Shown here: positions 30,891-41,183 of the stretch, in pieces
Layout: each line of letters starts with the position of its first letter
Numbering within the stretch: position 1 is the first letter of the stretch
From: a virus
Taxonomy: Duplodnaviria > Caudoviricetes
Virus record (IMG/VR): IMGVR_UViG_3300023070_000002
Coordinates: 8,465 to 72,464 of that record
DNA: 64,000 nucleotides
Direction: 5' to 3' (one strand)
Notes under the pieces: generated by a model
The model's input: the letters and a program-made list of their open reading frames with translations, nothing else
Told to the model about the DNA's origin: nothing
Database searches by the model: none
Program-made: the position numbers and the translations under genes

Positions 30891-32060
30891 TTATACAAAG
30901 AAAGCATTTGCTAATCCTTGTTGGGCTTGTTCAACGGTAATACCTAATTCAGCGTTATTGTTTTTAACGCCTGAATAATCGATATTTTTTATCGACTTAA
31001 TAGATTCCTGATGCCTTTTATTCCCTGTTTCACTTACGAGGCGAGAGAACACGCTTTCCTTATGTTGTATAAGGTGTAAGTCTTCCATCATCTTAGCTGT
31101 TTTTACCTGACCTTTTTCGTCTACCCAACCAACCTTGGTGAAGAAGTCTCCGAGGTCTGTAAAAGCACTTTCAAGAAGTGGTTTAATGGAATTTTTCTCT
31201 TCCTCTGTAACCACGTATGCTACTGGTATCTCGACTTCCTTGTCTTTGAAGGTAGCATTGTAGCCATTGAAGGTTTTAGCACTGGATTCTACATCTTTCA
31301 GGAAGTTTTCCTTTTGCAATTTTAGTTCCGCCAATTCCTCTTGGGTAGGTTCTGTTTGCGTAGGAATATTCCCTGCTTTAATATCTGGTAAAACTATTTC
31401 CTTTGATAATTTAAGAAGTTCTGCCATTGCGGGCTTTGCATCTCGTTTGATCCTGTTTTCTATTTGCTGCAATCTCTTTTCATGCGCCGCTACCCTATCC
31501 GCAAATTCCTCATCCAATTCCGATATTCCCTGAACTGGTTTTTCAGGCATCTCGTATTGTTCTAAGAAAAGGTCGTTAACTTCTTCTGGCGTAAATTCTT
31601 TGTGCTGATACTGAAGGTTTAATTTCAATATGTCAGCGGGTTGCATTTTATCAACTTCTTTCAACTTCTTTTGCTCATTTAAGATTAAAAGAACCTCGTC
31701 CGTTTTCCCTTCTTTTATAAGGTTAAAAACTTTTTCACTCTCTTCATTTGCGAATGTAATAGGTTCGCCTACTGTCGCTTCTGGCTTGGCTGGAATTGAT
31801 TTTTTCTCTGCGTTTGCGTCGGCTGGCCTATTCTGAATAGGATCGGGAGTTGCTGTTGGCGTATTTTCTGGTTGCCCGGGAGCGGTAATCTCCGGTTTCG
31901 TTTCCTCTATCTTTTTATCCTTCTCATCTATAACCGGGTCTTTACTATTAGATGCAGGTTCTATGATTGTAGGTGTGGACTTCCAAGTATCAGTATCAAA
32001 AAAATTTTGTACTTCGGGAGCTAACTGGGTAGTTTCAACTGGTGTTACTGTTTCTGACAT
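30891..32060 (-). CDS. capsid scaffolding-like protein
   Basis: Acidic, P/E/T-rich N-terminus plus coiled coil; between portal and capsid genes. Confidence 0.6.
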   Translation of the reverse strand: MSETVTPVETTQLAPEVQNFFDTDTWKSTPTIIEPASNSKDPVIDEKDKKIEETKPEITAPGQPENTPTATPDPIQNRPADANAEKKSIPAKPEATVGEPITFANEESEKVFNLIKEGKTDEVLLILNEQKKLKEVDKMQPADILKLNLQYQHKEFTPEEVNDLFLEQYEMPEKPVQGISELDEEFADRVAAHEKRLQQIENRIKRDAKPAMAELLKLSKEIVLPDIKAGNIPTQTEPTQEELAELKLQKENFLKDVESSAKTFNGYNATFKDKEVEIPVAYVVTEEEKNSIKPLLESAFTDLGDFFTKVGWVDEKGQVKTAKMMEDLHLIQHKESVFSRLVSETGNKRHQESIKSIKNIDYSGVKNNNAELGITVEQAQQGLANAFFV

Positions 32061-32075
32061 AAATCTGTTTTTATT

Positions 32076-34433
32076 TTACGCGGCAGGCTGCATACCTTCT
32101 GGGTTTTGCGCTTGTTGCTCTTGATTTTGTTGAATATTATTTGTTATCGCTTGGTTTTCTTGCCCTAATGATAATTCAAGCCCGGGCATAACTTGTTGAA
32201 TAATAGGCAAGAGCCATGCAGGCATTTCCGGGTTTTGGCTTTTCGATGCAATTTGGAAACTGCCTTCAATTATTTTTTGTTTGATCGTTTGAAGAGAATC
32301 AAATTCTTTAATTTTCATTTCGAACGACAACTTATCTTGTGCCAACTGAATTTCTTTTTGCGCTGCCTGCTCATTACTAGCCTGCTGTTGCTTGGCATTC
32401 ATTTCGCTTTGCGCTTGGGCTTGTTGCATCTGACCTTCCAGCGCCTTCTTTTGCGCTCTCTCGAAGTATAAATTTGCAAGTTTTGTATTTTCTTTGGCGA
32501 TCTCCCTTATTTTAAAGGGGCTAATATATAAAATGAAATCTGGGTGGGTTATAACGTATTGATCCACGTCTTTCATCAACTGTGTTACTTCTTCAGTCGT
32601 CGGGAGCATATCTATTTTAACCTTAAAGTTCCTCCCTTTTACGTTTTCTTCTTTGAGTATTTTTCTATACTCCTCACTTCCAAATTCTACGGAATCATGC
32701 AAAAGGCACGCTATTTTATCCGCTGTTTCATTCATTAATGATACAACAGCATCGCGGATGTAATCCGTGGCATTAAAACTTACCTCTAAGGCAGTTTCGA
32801 CATTTTGAACCCCTACTCTTGGCTTAATGGTTTGACCCTCGGCAAATTCATTTATTCCTATTTCATCCCTTAATACCTGAAGGTGATAATTGTATATTTC
32901 TATAAGCGCCTGAAGCTGTTGGACACTACCAGCATTCGGAAGTTCTTTTACTGGCGTTTCTATTCTATTCCCTTCAGCATCGCGGCTCCTGAAGTAAACA
33001 TTACCGGTCTGATCGGTTATTTTCTGTAACTCCAACGGCTTTACAATACCATTGCCTAAGTCCATTGCCTGCATCCCATCAATATCATACTGATAACCAG
33101 AGGGACGTAACTTGGCAACAAGTTGCTGAATTTTCAGCCTTGCCAAAATCATTTGCTCTACGGGTTCTTCTATTTTTTCTGGCACTGCAAGGTTTCTCAT
33201 CCCCACATTCTGGTACATATAGAAACTGTACGGAGATGATACTTCGCTTATCTTTTCATAGTCTTGGGGTTTAATCATGTTTTTCTCAAGACCCCATTCC
33301 AGTATTTTTTTTGACGATCTAATATATACTCCGCGATAAATATTCCATATCTTCCTTTCTACATATTCACTGTCATTCGCCGGTTTTCTGTCTAATCTAT
33401 CGACAACTAAATTTCCGGATTTGGTTACTTTCATCTCGTAACCGGCATTATCCAATGACTTTAAAGTAAACCTGACAACATCTACATTCCAGTCATCAAT
33501 GGGCAAATAAGTATTTATGTTCCACGTGGAATCGAATGTTATATTGCTATTCGCCTGCCATTGTTTAGAGGCTTTAGAAATCTCAAACAACTCTTCTGCC
33601 TTTAAGTGCGGATAAAGGTTTCTTAGTTGTGATATTTTATAAGAAACTATTTCTCCCTTTATATCTGCATCCCTGAAATCGTCGTATTCGGAATACGAAT
33701 AAAACATATTTTCAGGCTTGCAATAGTTCACAATTATCTTGCCTTTGCTGTCTGCAATAGTTTCAGTGCCTATTAAACCAACCTCCGCACTATCCCTAAG
33801 GATTCTTCTTCTTAGAACATCATTCCAGCCGCACTCATCTAAAACATTATTGATGCCCTTCTCATTTAATATTTCTTCTGGCAAACGCTGTTCTTCGGCT
33901 GCCCATAGATCAAGGTGATCTTTGTCTTCTGGAATAAATGAATTTTGGGGAATTGTTGGCAATCCGCTCTCACTTTGTAACCGCAACAACACCTCTTTAT
34001 TATCCATGTAAAACTCGGCTTCGTCTTGTTGATCTTTTTTTGCTTTTATGGAAATAGGGTCAGTTGCTGTAACAGAGGCTTTTTGCTTTTGAGTCATCCA
34101 CCGACCTACTAGTCTGGAAATGATAGTATTAACTATCATTATAGATTTCCAATTGATATTAACATAGTTGGTCTTGCCGTTAATATTTAGAAAATCCATA
34201 AACTTTACCATATCCATCTTCCCTGCTCCCAAAGAACGGTTTAAGGCAAACCTAGCATTCCTTTCAGTAAAATATCCGCTGTTGATGATATTTTCACATT
34301 GCAGAACGATCCTTTCCCCAAACTTAATATCAGTTTTTTTATTAGCATCTCCGGAGAGTTGGAATGCCTTTAGGGCATTGTCGGGAATGCCAGCAAACTT
34401 CAAATCATTGCTATTAGAAGCAGGATTTTGCAT
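32076..34433 (-). CDS. portal protein
   Basis: 785 aa directly after terminase; Q-rich C-terminal barrel helix; YVNINWKSI motif. Confidence 0.85.
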   Translation of the reverse strand: MQNPASNSNDLKFAGIPDNALKAFQLSGDANKKTDIKFGERIVLQCENIINSGYFTERNARFALNRSLGAGKMDMVKFMDFLNINGKTNYVNINWKSIMIVNTIISRLVGRWMTQKQKASVTATDPISIKAKKDQQDEAEFYMDNKEVLLRLQSESGLPTIPQNSFIPEDKDHLDLWAAEEQRLPEEILNEKGINNVLDECGWNDVLRRRILRDSAEVGLIGTETIADSKGKIIVNYCKPENMFYSYSEYDDFRDADIKGEIVSYKISQLRNLYPHLKAEELFEISKASKQWQANSNITFDSTWNINTYLPIDDWNVDVVRFTLKSLDNAGYEMKVTKSGNLVVDRLDRKPANDSEYVERKIWNIYRGVYIRSSKKILEWGLEKNMIKPQDYEKISEVSSPYSFYMYQNVGMRNLAVPEKIEEPVEQMILARLKIQQLVAKLRPSGYQYDIDGMQAMDLGNGIVKPLELQKITDQTGNVYFRSRDAEGNRIETPVKELPNAGSVQQLQALIEIYNYHLQVLRDEIGINEFAEGQTIKPRVGVQNVETALEVSFNATDYIRDAVVSLMNETADKIACLLHDSVEFGSEEYRKILKEENVKGRNFKVKIDMLPTTEEVTQLMKDVDQYVITHPDFILYISPFKIREIAKENTKLANLYFERAQKKALEGQMQQAQAQSEMNAKQQQASNEQAAQKEIQLAQDKLSFEMKIKEFDSLQTIKQKIIEGSFQIASKSQNPEMPAWLLPIIQQVMPGLELSLGQENQAITNNIQQNQEQQAQNPEGMQPAA

Positions 34434-34501
34434 ATTTTCTAAGAGGGTAGGGAATTATTTGGATAAAATTACAGAAATCTTATTCAAAAACAAATAAATT
34501 T

Positions 34502-36589
34502 CTAATATCTCGCATCGACTGGGTTTGCATATTTTTTTTGTTGCTGGCCATATACCTTGATAACGGGATCGGGCGGGGGCAAAGGCGTATAGTTAGGTTG
34601 CATCACGCAAGCTAGCCATATTAAAAAAGATACCATCGTATCAAACTCAGTTCTCTTGTAGGGATCAAATATTAAAGCGTTTTCAAGTATAGCCTCAAAG
34701 TCTATAAGGTGAGAATAGTGTTTAAAATACCATACCCCATAATCCATTTGTTTACTTAAACTAAACGGAGTTATTGGAGTGCCCCTGTGTCTTTCTACGT
34801 CTTCTTCTTTCTTTTTCGGATCGATCAAATTCATTGGATATACTCCTAAATACCCTCTCATGCCACGGTCTTTAAAATACCCATCATAATCGTCTGCGGT
34901 ATGCTCGTACCAAATTTTATAACCAAAAAACCTGCCCGCCAACATTACTTGATAATGTAAATCATCCTTTTCAGGGGGCCGCCCGTATAAATGCCCGGTA
35001 ACCTTCCCAGAGTTATTTGGGTCAAGAACATCAAACTTTCTACCTATTAATGCAGAAGCCTTTGACCCATATTTTCGACCGCCCTGACTGTTGGAATAAC
35101 TATCCACAGATATGGCGCCATCGGCAGGGTTGCCGGGCAATGGGAATAACCCGGGTTTAATTTGTTTGTTCTCTTGCCCATTAGGCGGGAACCAAGTCAT
35201 CTCCCAACAAAAACTTTCTTCCCCTTTTTTTATATCCCTCCACATTGGAATGCCTTGCTGATCTTCGTAAAATAACACCTTTCGTTTAAATACAGGATTA
35301 TCTTTTAGATATTTCAATCTGTTATTTATAGCATACCCATCAAATGCGCAATCCACATTTGCGGCCATAAACATTTCATCTTCGTTGCAGGGGTTTTGCC
35401 TTATCTCTTCTTCTAAATCAGTTCCGGCCAAGCCTGCTCTCCTTTTAATCAACACGTAGGCTTTTGCCCCAAGACGAATATCTTCATCGGTAAGCTCACT
35501 TATAATTTCCCCTGTATGCTCATCCTTTAACACCCATTTACTACATAAATATTCAAATTGATCTTCAGTCGGAGCGTCGATCACGCTCATCCCGTATTCA
35601 TCAATAAAACCTTCATACCCATCATAAGCCGCCGATAAATATTTAACAAGGCGATTGGCAGTTACATTGCCAACCTTGCTAAACTGATTTGCACCTTCCC
35701 ATATTTTTTTAAACTCTGATCCTCCTTTCTTCCAGCTATTTACCGTAGATGGCATTTCTGCGAAGCCTACTCTTTTAACCCCTTTTACTAAAACTTTTTT
35801 CAATATAGCGAACAAAACAGAAGCAGGAATATCAGCTTCTAGCTTTCCGAACTCATCAAGCAGGACTCTGCTCAACCGTCCTCTGTCATAAGCGTTAAGT
35901 ACCGGGGCACGATAATTAATTTTAGACCTCGCAGATTTTTCCTTTGGATCTGATGAAATATATTCAAATACAAGTTCTGTTACACTGTTTTCACGATTTA
36001 ATAATTTAGGCTTTAAGAAGAATGGTAATTCCCTATACCCTTTAGCAACCATTTCAGTAAAGGTCTCCTTACTGTCTTTTTCAGACTTTGAAACCAAGCC
36101 GCTATTGGTGTTTTTAAAGAAAATACACTCGTATATAAGATTAGAAGTAGCCTGAGAACTTGCACCCTCTCGTCTTTTTTTGCCCCTCACAATACCCAAA
36201 CACCACATTATTCTTTCCCAATAACCAAGGAAAAGAAAATACCTTCTGTCCACATCACGATATTCTGGGTAAATGTCATCTTCCAGTTTCCACCATTGGA
36301 TATAAAAATAGTGCTTACCCGTTATATAGGTAAGCACGCCGTTATTCATAAAATAAAATCCTTCTTTACATCTCCGTACCTCTTCTTTTATGTAATAAGA
36401 TTGCTCTTCGTTCAGGATTGGAGTAACAGTTTTTCCATCTCTTTCGGTTATTACATCGTCAAAAATAGATGGGAGTTCTTTCCTGCGCCATTTTTGTTTT
36501 TGATCGCCCTCCCATTTTTCTATAACTGAATCGTCTTTGGGTTCAGGAATACGGATTTCGGCATTAAATATAACCTCAATTAAATTCAT
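34502..36589 (-). CDS. terL: terminase large subunit
   Basis: Walker A-like KKRREGASS; Walker B VLLDEFGK; nuclease ISVDSYS and C-terminal FDTMVS. Confidence 0.9.
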   Translation of the reverse strand: MNLIEVIFNAEIRIPEPKDDSVIEKWEGDQKQKWRRKELPSIFDDVITERDGKTVTPILNEEQSYYIKEEVRRCKEGFYFMNNGVLTYITGKHYFYIQWWKLEDDIYPEYRDVDRRYFLFLGYWERIMWCLGIVRGKKRREGASSQATSNLIYECIFFKNTNSGLVSKSEKDSKETFTEMVAKGYRELPFFLKPKLLNRENSVTELVFEYISSDPKEKSARSKINYRAPVLNAYDRGRLSRVLLDEFGKLEADIPASVLFAILKKVLVKGVKRVGFAEMPSTVNSWKKGGSEFKKIWEGANQFSKVGNVTANRLVKYLSAAYDGYEGFIDEYGMSVIDAPTEDQFEYLCSKWVLKDEHTGEIISELTDEDIRLGAKAYVLIKRRAGLAGTDLEEEIRQNPCNEDEMFMAANVDCAFDGYAINNRLKYLKDNPVFKRKVLFYEDQQGIPMWRDIKKGEESFCWEMTWFPPNGQENKQIKPGLFPLPGNPADGAISVDSYSNSQGGRKYGSKASALIGRKFDVLDPNNSGKVTGHLYGRPPEKDDLHYQVMLAGRFFGYKIWYEHTADDYDGYFKDRGMRGYLGVYPMNLIDPKKKEEDVERHRGTPITPFSLSKQMDYGVWYFKHYSHLIDFEAILENALIFDPYKRTEFDTMVSFLIWLACVMQPNYTPLPPPDPVIKVYGQQQKKYANPVDARY

Positions 36590-36592
36590 TAT

Positions 36593-36943
36593 TTATTTTC
36601 TTGTCTCTGCGAACTCCAACACATTTTTATTAGCCGTGTCTATTTTTTCATCGCCCGTTATCTTAGCCGATGTTTCTAACAGACTTAGCGTTTCAACTAA
36701 TGGCTTTGCTGATGCCCATAACATTTTTAGTCGTTCCATTGTCTTATCATCTTTGTCGTTTAAATTGATTTGTTTAAAAGCTATTTGATTTAGCATATCT
36801 GCTATATCTGCCATATTGCGGTTTAACGCGTAATAAAGTTTTGCCTTGCCCCTTAAACCGAGCTGATCAAATTTCCTTTCAAGAGCAGAGTATTTTGCCT
36901 TCTCGTCCTCGTATAATTTCTTATAATCAACTTCTCCCTGCAT
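36593..36943 (-). CDS. putative terminase small subunit
   Basis: 116-aa helical protein immediately upstream of TerL. Confidence 0.45.
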   Translation of the reverse strand: MQGEVDYKKLYEDEKAKYSALERKFDQLGLRGKAKLYYALNRNMADIADMLNQIAFKQINLNDKDDKTMERLKMLWASAKPLVETLSLLETSAKITGDEKIDTANKNVLEFAETRK

Positions 36944-36949
36944 AATATA

Positions 36950-37612
36950 TTAGTTTAACACTTTTGCATCTTTCAACCCATTCCCTACTAAAATCTTCCC
37001 ACATCTAACTTGCTCTGTTAACCCTTCATCAATACCTTCTATCTCTCTATGTAGAGTTCTTATTAATGATTGGGGTTTGTTTTTTTCGTCATGAAAATGC
37101 ACCTCATAATCAGAGTTTAACGTTACTGCACAAACCTTTCCTGATAAATCTGTTTGCTCCCCATCCCACGTATCTTTCCCTTTAACGATATATAGACGGT
37201 TCATTATTCTTTCTGGTTCGATGCCTACTAAATTGCCTTCGTACTCTCTAAATAGCCTTTTGGTTAACAATACGTTTTCAAATGGTTGCCATTCGTCGTT
37301 TTCTAAATATGCAAAGATCATGTCTTTGGGAATATTCCTTATCTGGTAGCCGTCTGCTATTTCTTTTTCACTTAAAAAATCTTCTTGGTAAGGCATATCA
37401 TAACTCTTTTCCATAGCAAGATAATTTACCAATACTTGCGCTCCTTCAGGAATGCCTTCACAATCTAAACAATAACCTCTTGTTCCGCGATCTACTCGTA
37501 GGTTGAATTCCCACCCAGTACTTTGATATATTTCAAGGCCGCTATCAAAAGCTAATGTTTCTCGTTGTTTTACATTTATTCTTATAATTGCAAAATTCCT
37601 TAACGCCTTCAT
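36950..37612 (-). CDS. GroES-like co-chaperonin domain protein
   Basis: KALRNFAIIR..SGLEI..G.CL..EG.PEGAQVLV resembles the GroES fold, apparently duplicated. Confidence 0.45.
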   Translation of the reverse strand: MKALRNFAIIRINVKQRETLAFDSGLEIYQSTGWEFNLRVDRGTRGYCLDCEGIPEGAQVLVNYLAMEKSYDMPYQEDFLSEKEIADGYQIRNIPKDMIFAYLENDEWQPFENVLLTKRLFREYEGNLVGIEPERIMNRLYIVKGKDTWDGEQTDLSGKVCAVTLNSDYEVHFHDEKNKPQSLIRTLHREIEGIDEGLTEQVRCGKILVGNGLKDAKVLN

Positions 37613-37636
37613 ATAATTAAAGTTAAAAAATATTTA

Positions 37637-38407
37637 TTAATCTTCATAAACCCGTTCTCTAGCCCACTCTTGCATTAATTTTGGAAGAGGCTCATCAATC
37701 AATTTCAAATCTTCTTTAGAGAACCATAGGTAAGGGTCGAACATTTCGCACTGATCTAGCTTCTTATCATAATCAATCATTTCAAATACACCCTGTTGCA
37801 TATTCTTAATCTTGTTAATCATAACTTCCCGTTTTCTTACAAAGCCATTATGGTAAATCCTTATTTGGTTTAAATAGGAAATATCTGCAAACGGGACAGC
37901 CAACGATTCAGCATCGCCATGCGCTTTATAATCTGTTTTAGCTAACCTTATAATGTCTGTCGAGCATGGCAGCCTTTCTACTGGCACATCAAGTTTGTAA
38001 TAAGGGGATGCCCATAAATTTACTCTTTTAATCATATACCCCGGTGCGTCCATTGATATTGCCTCTCTTATAAAAGGATAGCTTTTTTCATGAATTATTT
38101 CGTCACACTGCACATACAAGTGATATTCATATCCTGCTTCCCTTGCTGCCTGAATAGCTATATCTGTAAAATAGCATAGTTTGGCATATCCTGTACCTTT
38201 TTGTCCATCCCATTCCTGTTTAGTCCGGGTTATTATTGTCAAATTCTCACTCGGCAATGTGTTCAATATCTCGGCAGTTCCATCATCGCTTCCTGCTTCC
38301 ACTACGAAAACATGGTCACAACACTCAAGCAGGCTTAGGATTGTTTCTTTAAAACTGTAATCGTACTGTACGCCATTCCTTATAAATGTAGTTCCTGCTA
38401 GTTTCAT
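37637..38407 (-). CDS. glycosyltransferase family 2
   Basis: ETILSLLECCDHVFVVEAGSDDGT and YVQCDE (DxD-like). Confidence 0.85.
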   Translation of the reverse strand: MKLAGTTFIRNGVQYDYSFKETILSLLECCDHVFVVEAGSDDGTAEILNTLPSENLTIITRTKQEWDGQKGTGYAKLCYFTDIAIQAAREAGYEYHLYVQCDEIIHEKSYPFIREAISMDAPGYMIKRVNLWASPYYKLDVPVERLPCSTDIIRLAKTDYKAHGDAESLAVPFADISYLNQIRIYHNGFVRKREVMINKIKNMQQGVFEMIDYDKKLDQCEMFDPYLWFSKEDLKLIDEPLPKLMQEWARERVYED

Positions 38408-39075
38408 TCGCTTTTCTTTTTTAGCAATGCTATGTAAAATCCATTCCAGTACGAATTATTATCGTGGCCGCCATCAGGTCTTGAAATATCCGATTGCAAA
38501 TGCTTTTCAAATAATTTTTCTAATTGGCATTCCCTTATCCCGTCTTGTGTACCCTTCTGAACTTCAGACCAATCGTAGTCATCGCACAAATAAATAAATT
38601 CATCTGCCATAGCATCAATATAATAAGTAAGCGCCTTTTTTTGTGCCGTTTCGCTATGGTCTCCGTCATACAAATAAATGTCAACGTTTTTAGGAATATC
38701 CGATATGTCTAATTCAAAAGAATCGCTTATCACCAACTTTAGTTCACACTTATCTGGTTTATGTAACTGGGAGTTATTCAAAAAATCCACCCTAGCACCT
38801 TCTCCATTCATGTGATCGGATTCAAAACTATCGACCGCTGTTATAAATTCCAAGTTACTATTCCCCCGTATTGAGGCAGTGAATGTACCACCTCGATGAA
38901 CCCCGCACTCTAAATAATTACGGCCTAACGCGCCAATATTGTTTAATAAATGACGTATTTTAAGACTTGTTAGTGCTGGCACATCATAGGTTAGGTGCCC
39001 ATGTGGTGACTCCATTTTATCTGCTTTTTCGATAGCCGCCTTTATCATTCCTATTTTTTCTTCAGTACTTACCAT
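38404..39075 (-). CDS. class I SAM-dependent methyltransferase (Methyltransf_24-like)
   Basis: NYLECGVHRGGT; AVDSF; DIYLYDGDH; LCDDYDW. Confidence 0.8.
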   Translation of the reverse strand: MVSTEEKIGMIKAAIEKADKMESPHGHLTYDVPALTSLKIRHLLNNIGALGRNYLECGVHRGGTFTASIRGNSNLEFITAVDSFESDHMNGEGARVDFLNNSQLHKPDKCELKLVISDSFELDISDIPKNVDIYLYDGDHSETAQKKALTYYIDAMADEFIYLCDDYDWSEVQKGTQDGIRECQLEKLFEKHLQSDISRPDGGHDNNSYWNGFYIALLKKKSE

Positions 39076-39644
39076 TGTATACTTTTTAAACTTTCGTTTA
39101 TCTTTTGACTTGTATAGTTGTCTTTGTTATGCCAGAAGAAAAATGCACCGAAGGAGGTATGAAACCTTGGCATTACAATAAATGAAAAATAGTCCGGGAA
39201 ATGATAGTTTATTATCTCTGGAGTCCACCCTGATTTATGCGTATCGGGATGAATAGCGTTCTTGTCAACCATATTTTCCCCCAATGGAGTGAATAGGACT
39301 TGGCAATCTGAACGTTGCTTCATCAGGCTTATAAGTTCTAATCCCTTATCGCTTGTTAAATGTTCAATCCCATCGCTTGAAATCATTATATCCACCACTT
39401 CTTTATTGTGTGCTAAATAATCGAATACGTCGCTTAAGACAAAAAACTGTTGCTCTCTCTTATCGTCTAATTTTCTATCCTGAATATCTACGTAGGTTCG
39501 TTTTTTAAATCCCATCTGCGGAATATATGGCGAATGATAGCACATTAAATCCACTACTGATTTGTCAGATACATCGCCACAAATAAGTTTCATTATCTGC
39601 AAGTATATTTCTCCACTACCAATTTTATTTATTTCTATTGTCAT
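39069..39644 (-). CDS. methyltransferase-fold protein
   Basis: SVVDLMC..YVDI..DIMISSDGIEHL..PDTHKSGWT pattern; glycine-poor motif I. Confidence 0.6.
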   Translation of the reverse strand: MTIEINKIGSGEIYLQIMKLICGDVSDKSVVDLMCYHSPYIPQMGFKKRTYVDIQDRKLDDKREQQFFVLSDVFDYLAHNKEVVDIMISSDGIEHLTSDKGLELISLMKQRSDCQVLFTPLGENMVDKNAIHPDTHKSGWTPEIINYHFPDYFSFIVMPRFHTSFGAFFFWHNKDNYTSQKINESLKSIQW

Positions 39645-41073
39645 GGAGCTTTTTTATGCCGTTGACTATTTGTTCGATCTTAAATATGCTACAAAGTGGA
39701 CGGCTTTCGTCTATGTAGCATTTTACCCCTGAAGTACCAATAACACTATTCCAGCAAAATGGCTTGTCGCAAACATTTTGATCATGGTTGTGAATTATAA
39801 CTTTATCTGAAAGGTCAGGGTGTATTACTTTTGGGTCAACGCTGCCAAAGCAAATGACTGACGGAACTTTAAAAGCGCTGGCTATGTGCGAAATTCCCGA
39901 ATCAATCCCTATCATCATAGACGCCCCCGCTACAACGTAACACAGAAAGTTTTCGTTGGTACAATTTACCTGAATGGCGTTCTTAATTATTGCTGTGTCG
40001 TCTTTACCAACTTGTATAGGTGTATATCCTAATTCTATAACATAGTCAACTACTTTTCCCCAATCAACTCCGTGGATACGTCTGCCCCCTTGTGGCCTAT
40101 TATCGGTATGAAAAACTACATAGTTCTTAAATAGCCTTGTTGCTCCATCTATGGGAAAGCCTAACGATAAGGTTGGATTTTTTATGTAAGGCCTATACTC
40201 TTCTTCCAACACTCCAGAATATTCAAAATAGGTTTTCAAATGAAGTTCACGCGGTTTACTTTCGTATGAAAGATCCAAGTTAATATACTTCGCGTTTTCT
40301 AATAATCTCTGGTCAACGGTTTGAAGTGAGAATACGGGGAAATAATGATTTATAAATAAGTAAAGAAATTGCGGTAAGGTATCAAGAACAATCCTATACC
40401 CTTTATCGTGGAAGTATTGCATAACCGGCTCTACTTGAACTACATCACCTAAGGCGGCTTTACGGGATATTACTATTGTAGGCTTAAACTTTTCATGAAA
40501 ATTACCATGAAATGAAAAAGTAGGTTGAACAGGTGTTTTTAACTCATAGGAATATTTATCCGCCAACTCAACCGGAGCGAATTTAATACCATACTTTTCT
40601 TCAAGGTACATTTTATAAACGATGCAAATAGAATGATCTTCGGGGTGTAGTACACTTATTGTTTCATCACTGGCAAGTATTTCATGTAGTCGCTTTGAGC
40701 GAAACGAACTCCCACCATTGCCTACTTGCCTATCATGGTCAAATACCCAACTAGCGCCAATATAATCATACTCAAAATACCGGTCGTCCCATTGACTACC
40801 GTCAATTATATACCCGTCCCCTTGAATAACACAGAAATAATCGGTTGGGATGTATTTAACCAACTGCTTAACCATAAACTCACTATATGCTCGTTTGGAT
40901 GTGATTGAAGGTATCTGAACAACCTCGATCCCATCCAATTTTATCGGAATATCCGTTAAGAATAAAACGCGCTCAAATTGAATTTCAGACACGCTTTTAT
41001 TTATGGCAGACACGGCAGACCCATATCCATAGCAATCAACGCAAATAAGGCTTACATTATTTAGTTTTCGCAT
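39625..41073 (-). CDS. DUF5672-like domain fused to GT9-like glycosyltransferase
   Basis: N-half IQGDGYI..YDYIGASW..VGNGGSSFRSK; C-half RKAALGDVV..IGIDSGISHIASAFKVPSVICFG. Confidence 0.8.
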   Translation of the reverse strand: MRKLNNVSLICVDCYGYGSAVSAINKSVSEIQFERVLFLTDIPIKLDGIEVVQIPSITSKRAYSEFMVKQLVKYIPTDYFCVIQGDGYIIDGSQWDDRYFEYDYIGASWVFDHDRQVGNGGSSFRSKRLHEILASDETISVLHPEDHSICIVYKMYLEEKYGIKFAPVELADKYSYELKTPVQPTFSFHGNFHEKFKPTIVISRKAALGDVVQVEPVMQYFHDKGYRIVLDTLPQFLYLFINHYFPVFSLQTVDQRLLENAKYINLDLSYESKPRELHLKTYFEYSGVLEEEYRPYIKNPTLSLGFPIDGATRLFKNYVVFHTDNRPQGGRRIHGVDWGKVVDYVIELGYTPIQVGKDDTAIIKNAIQVNCTNENFLCYVVAGASMMIGIDSGISHIASAFKVPSVICFGSVDPKVIHPDLSDKVIIHNHDQNVCDKPFCWNSVIGTSGVKCYIDESRPLCSIFKIEQIVNGIKKLHDNRNK

Positions 41074-41183
41074 TAGGATTTTGTTTAAACATATTATACT
41101 TCCCTTTCATCATTTTATAAGTTTCTTTTAGCGTCAACGGATTATTTTGACTCATGGCTAACCTTGCCAGTTTGCGCAATCCC

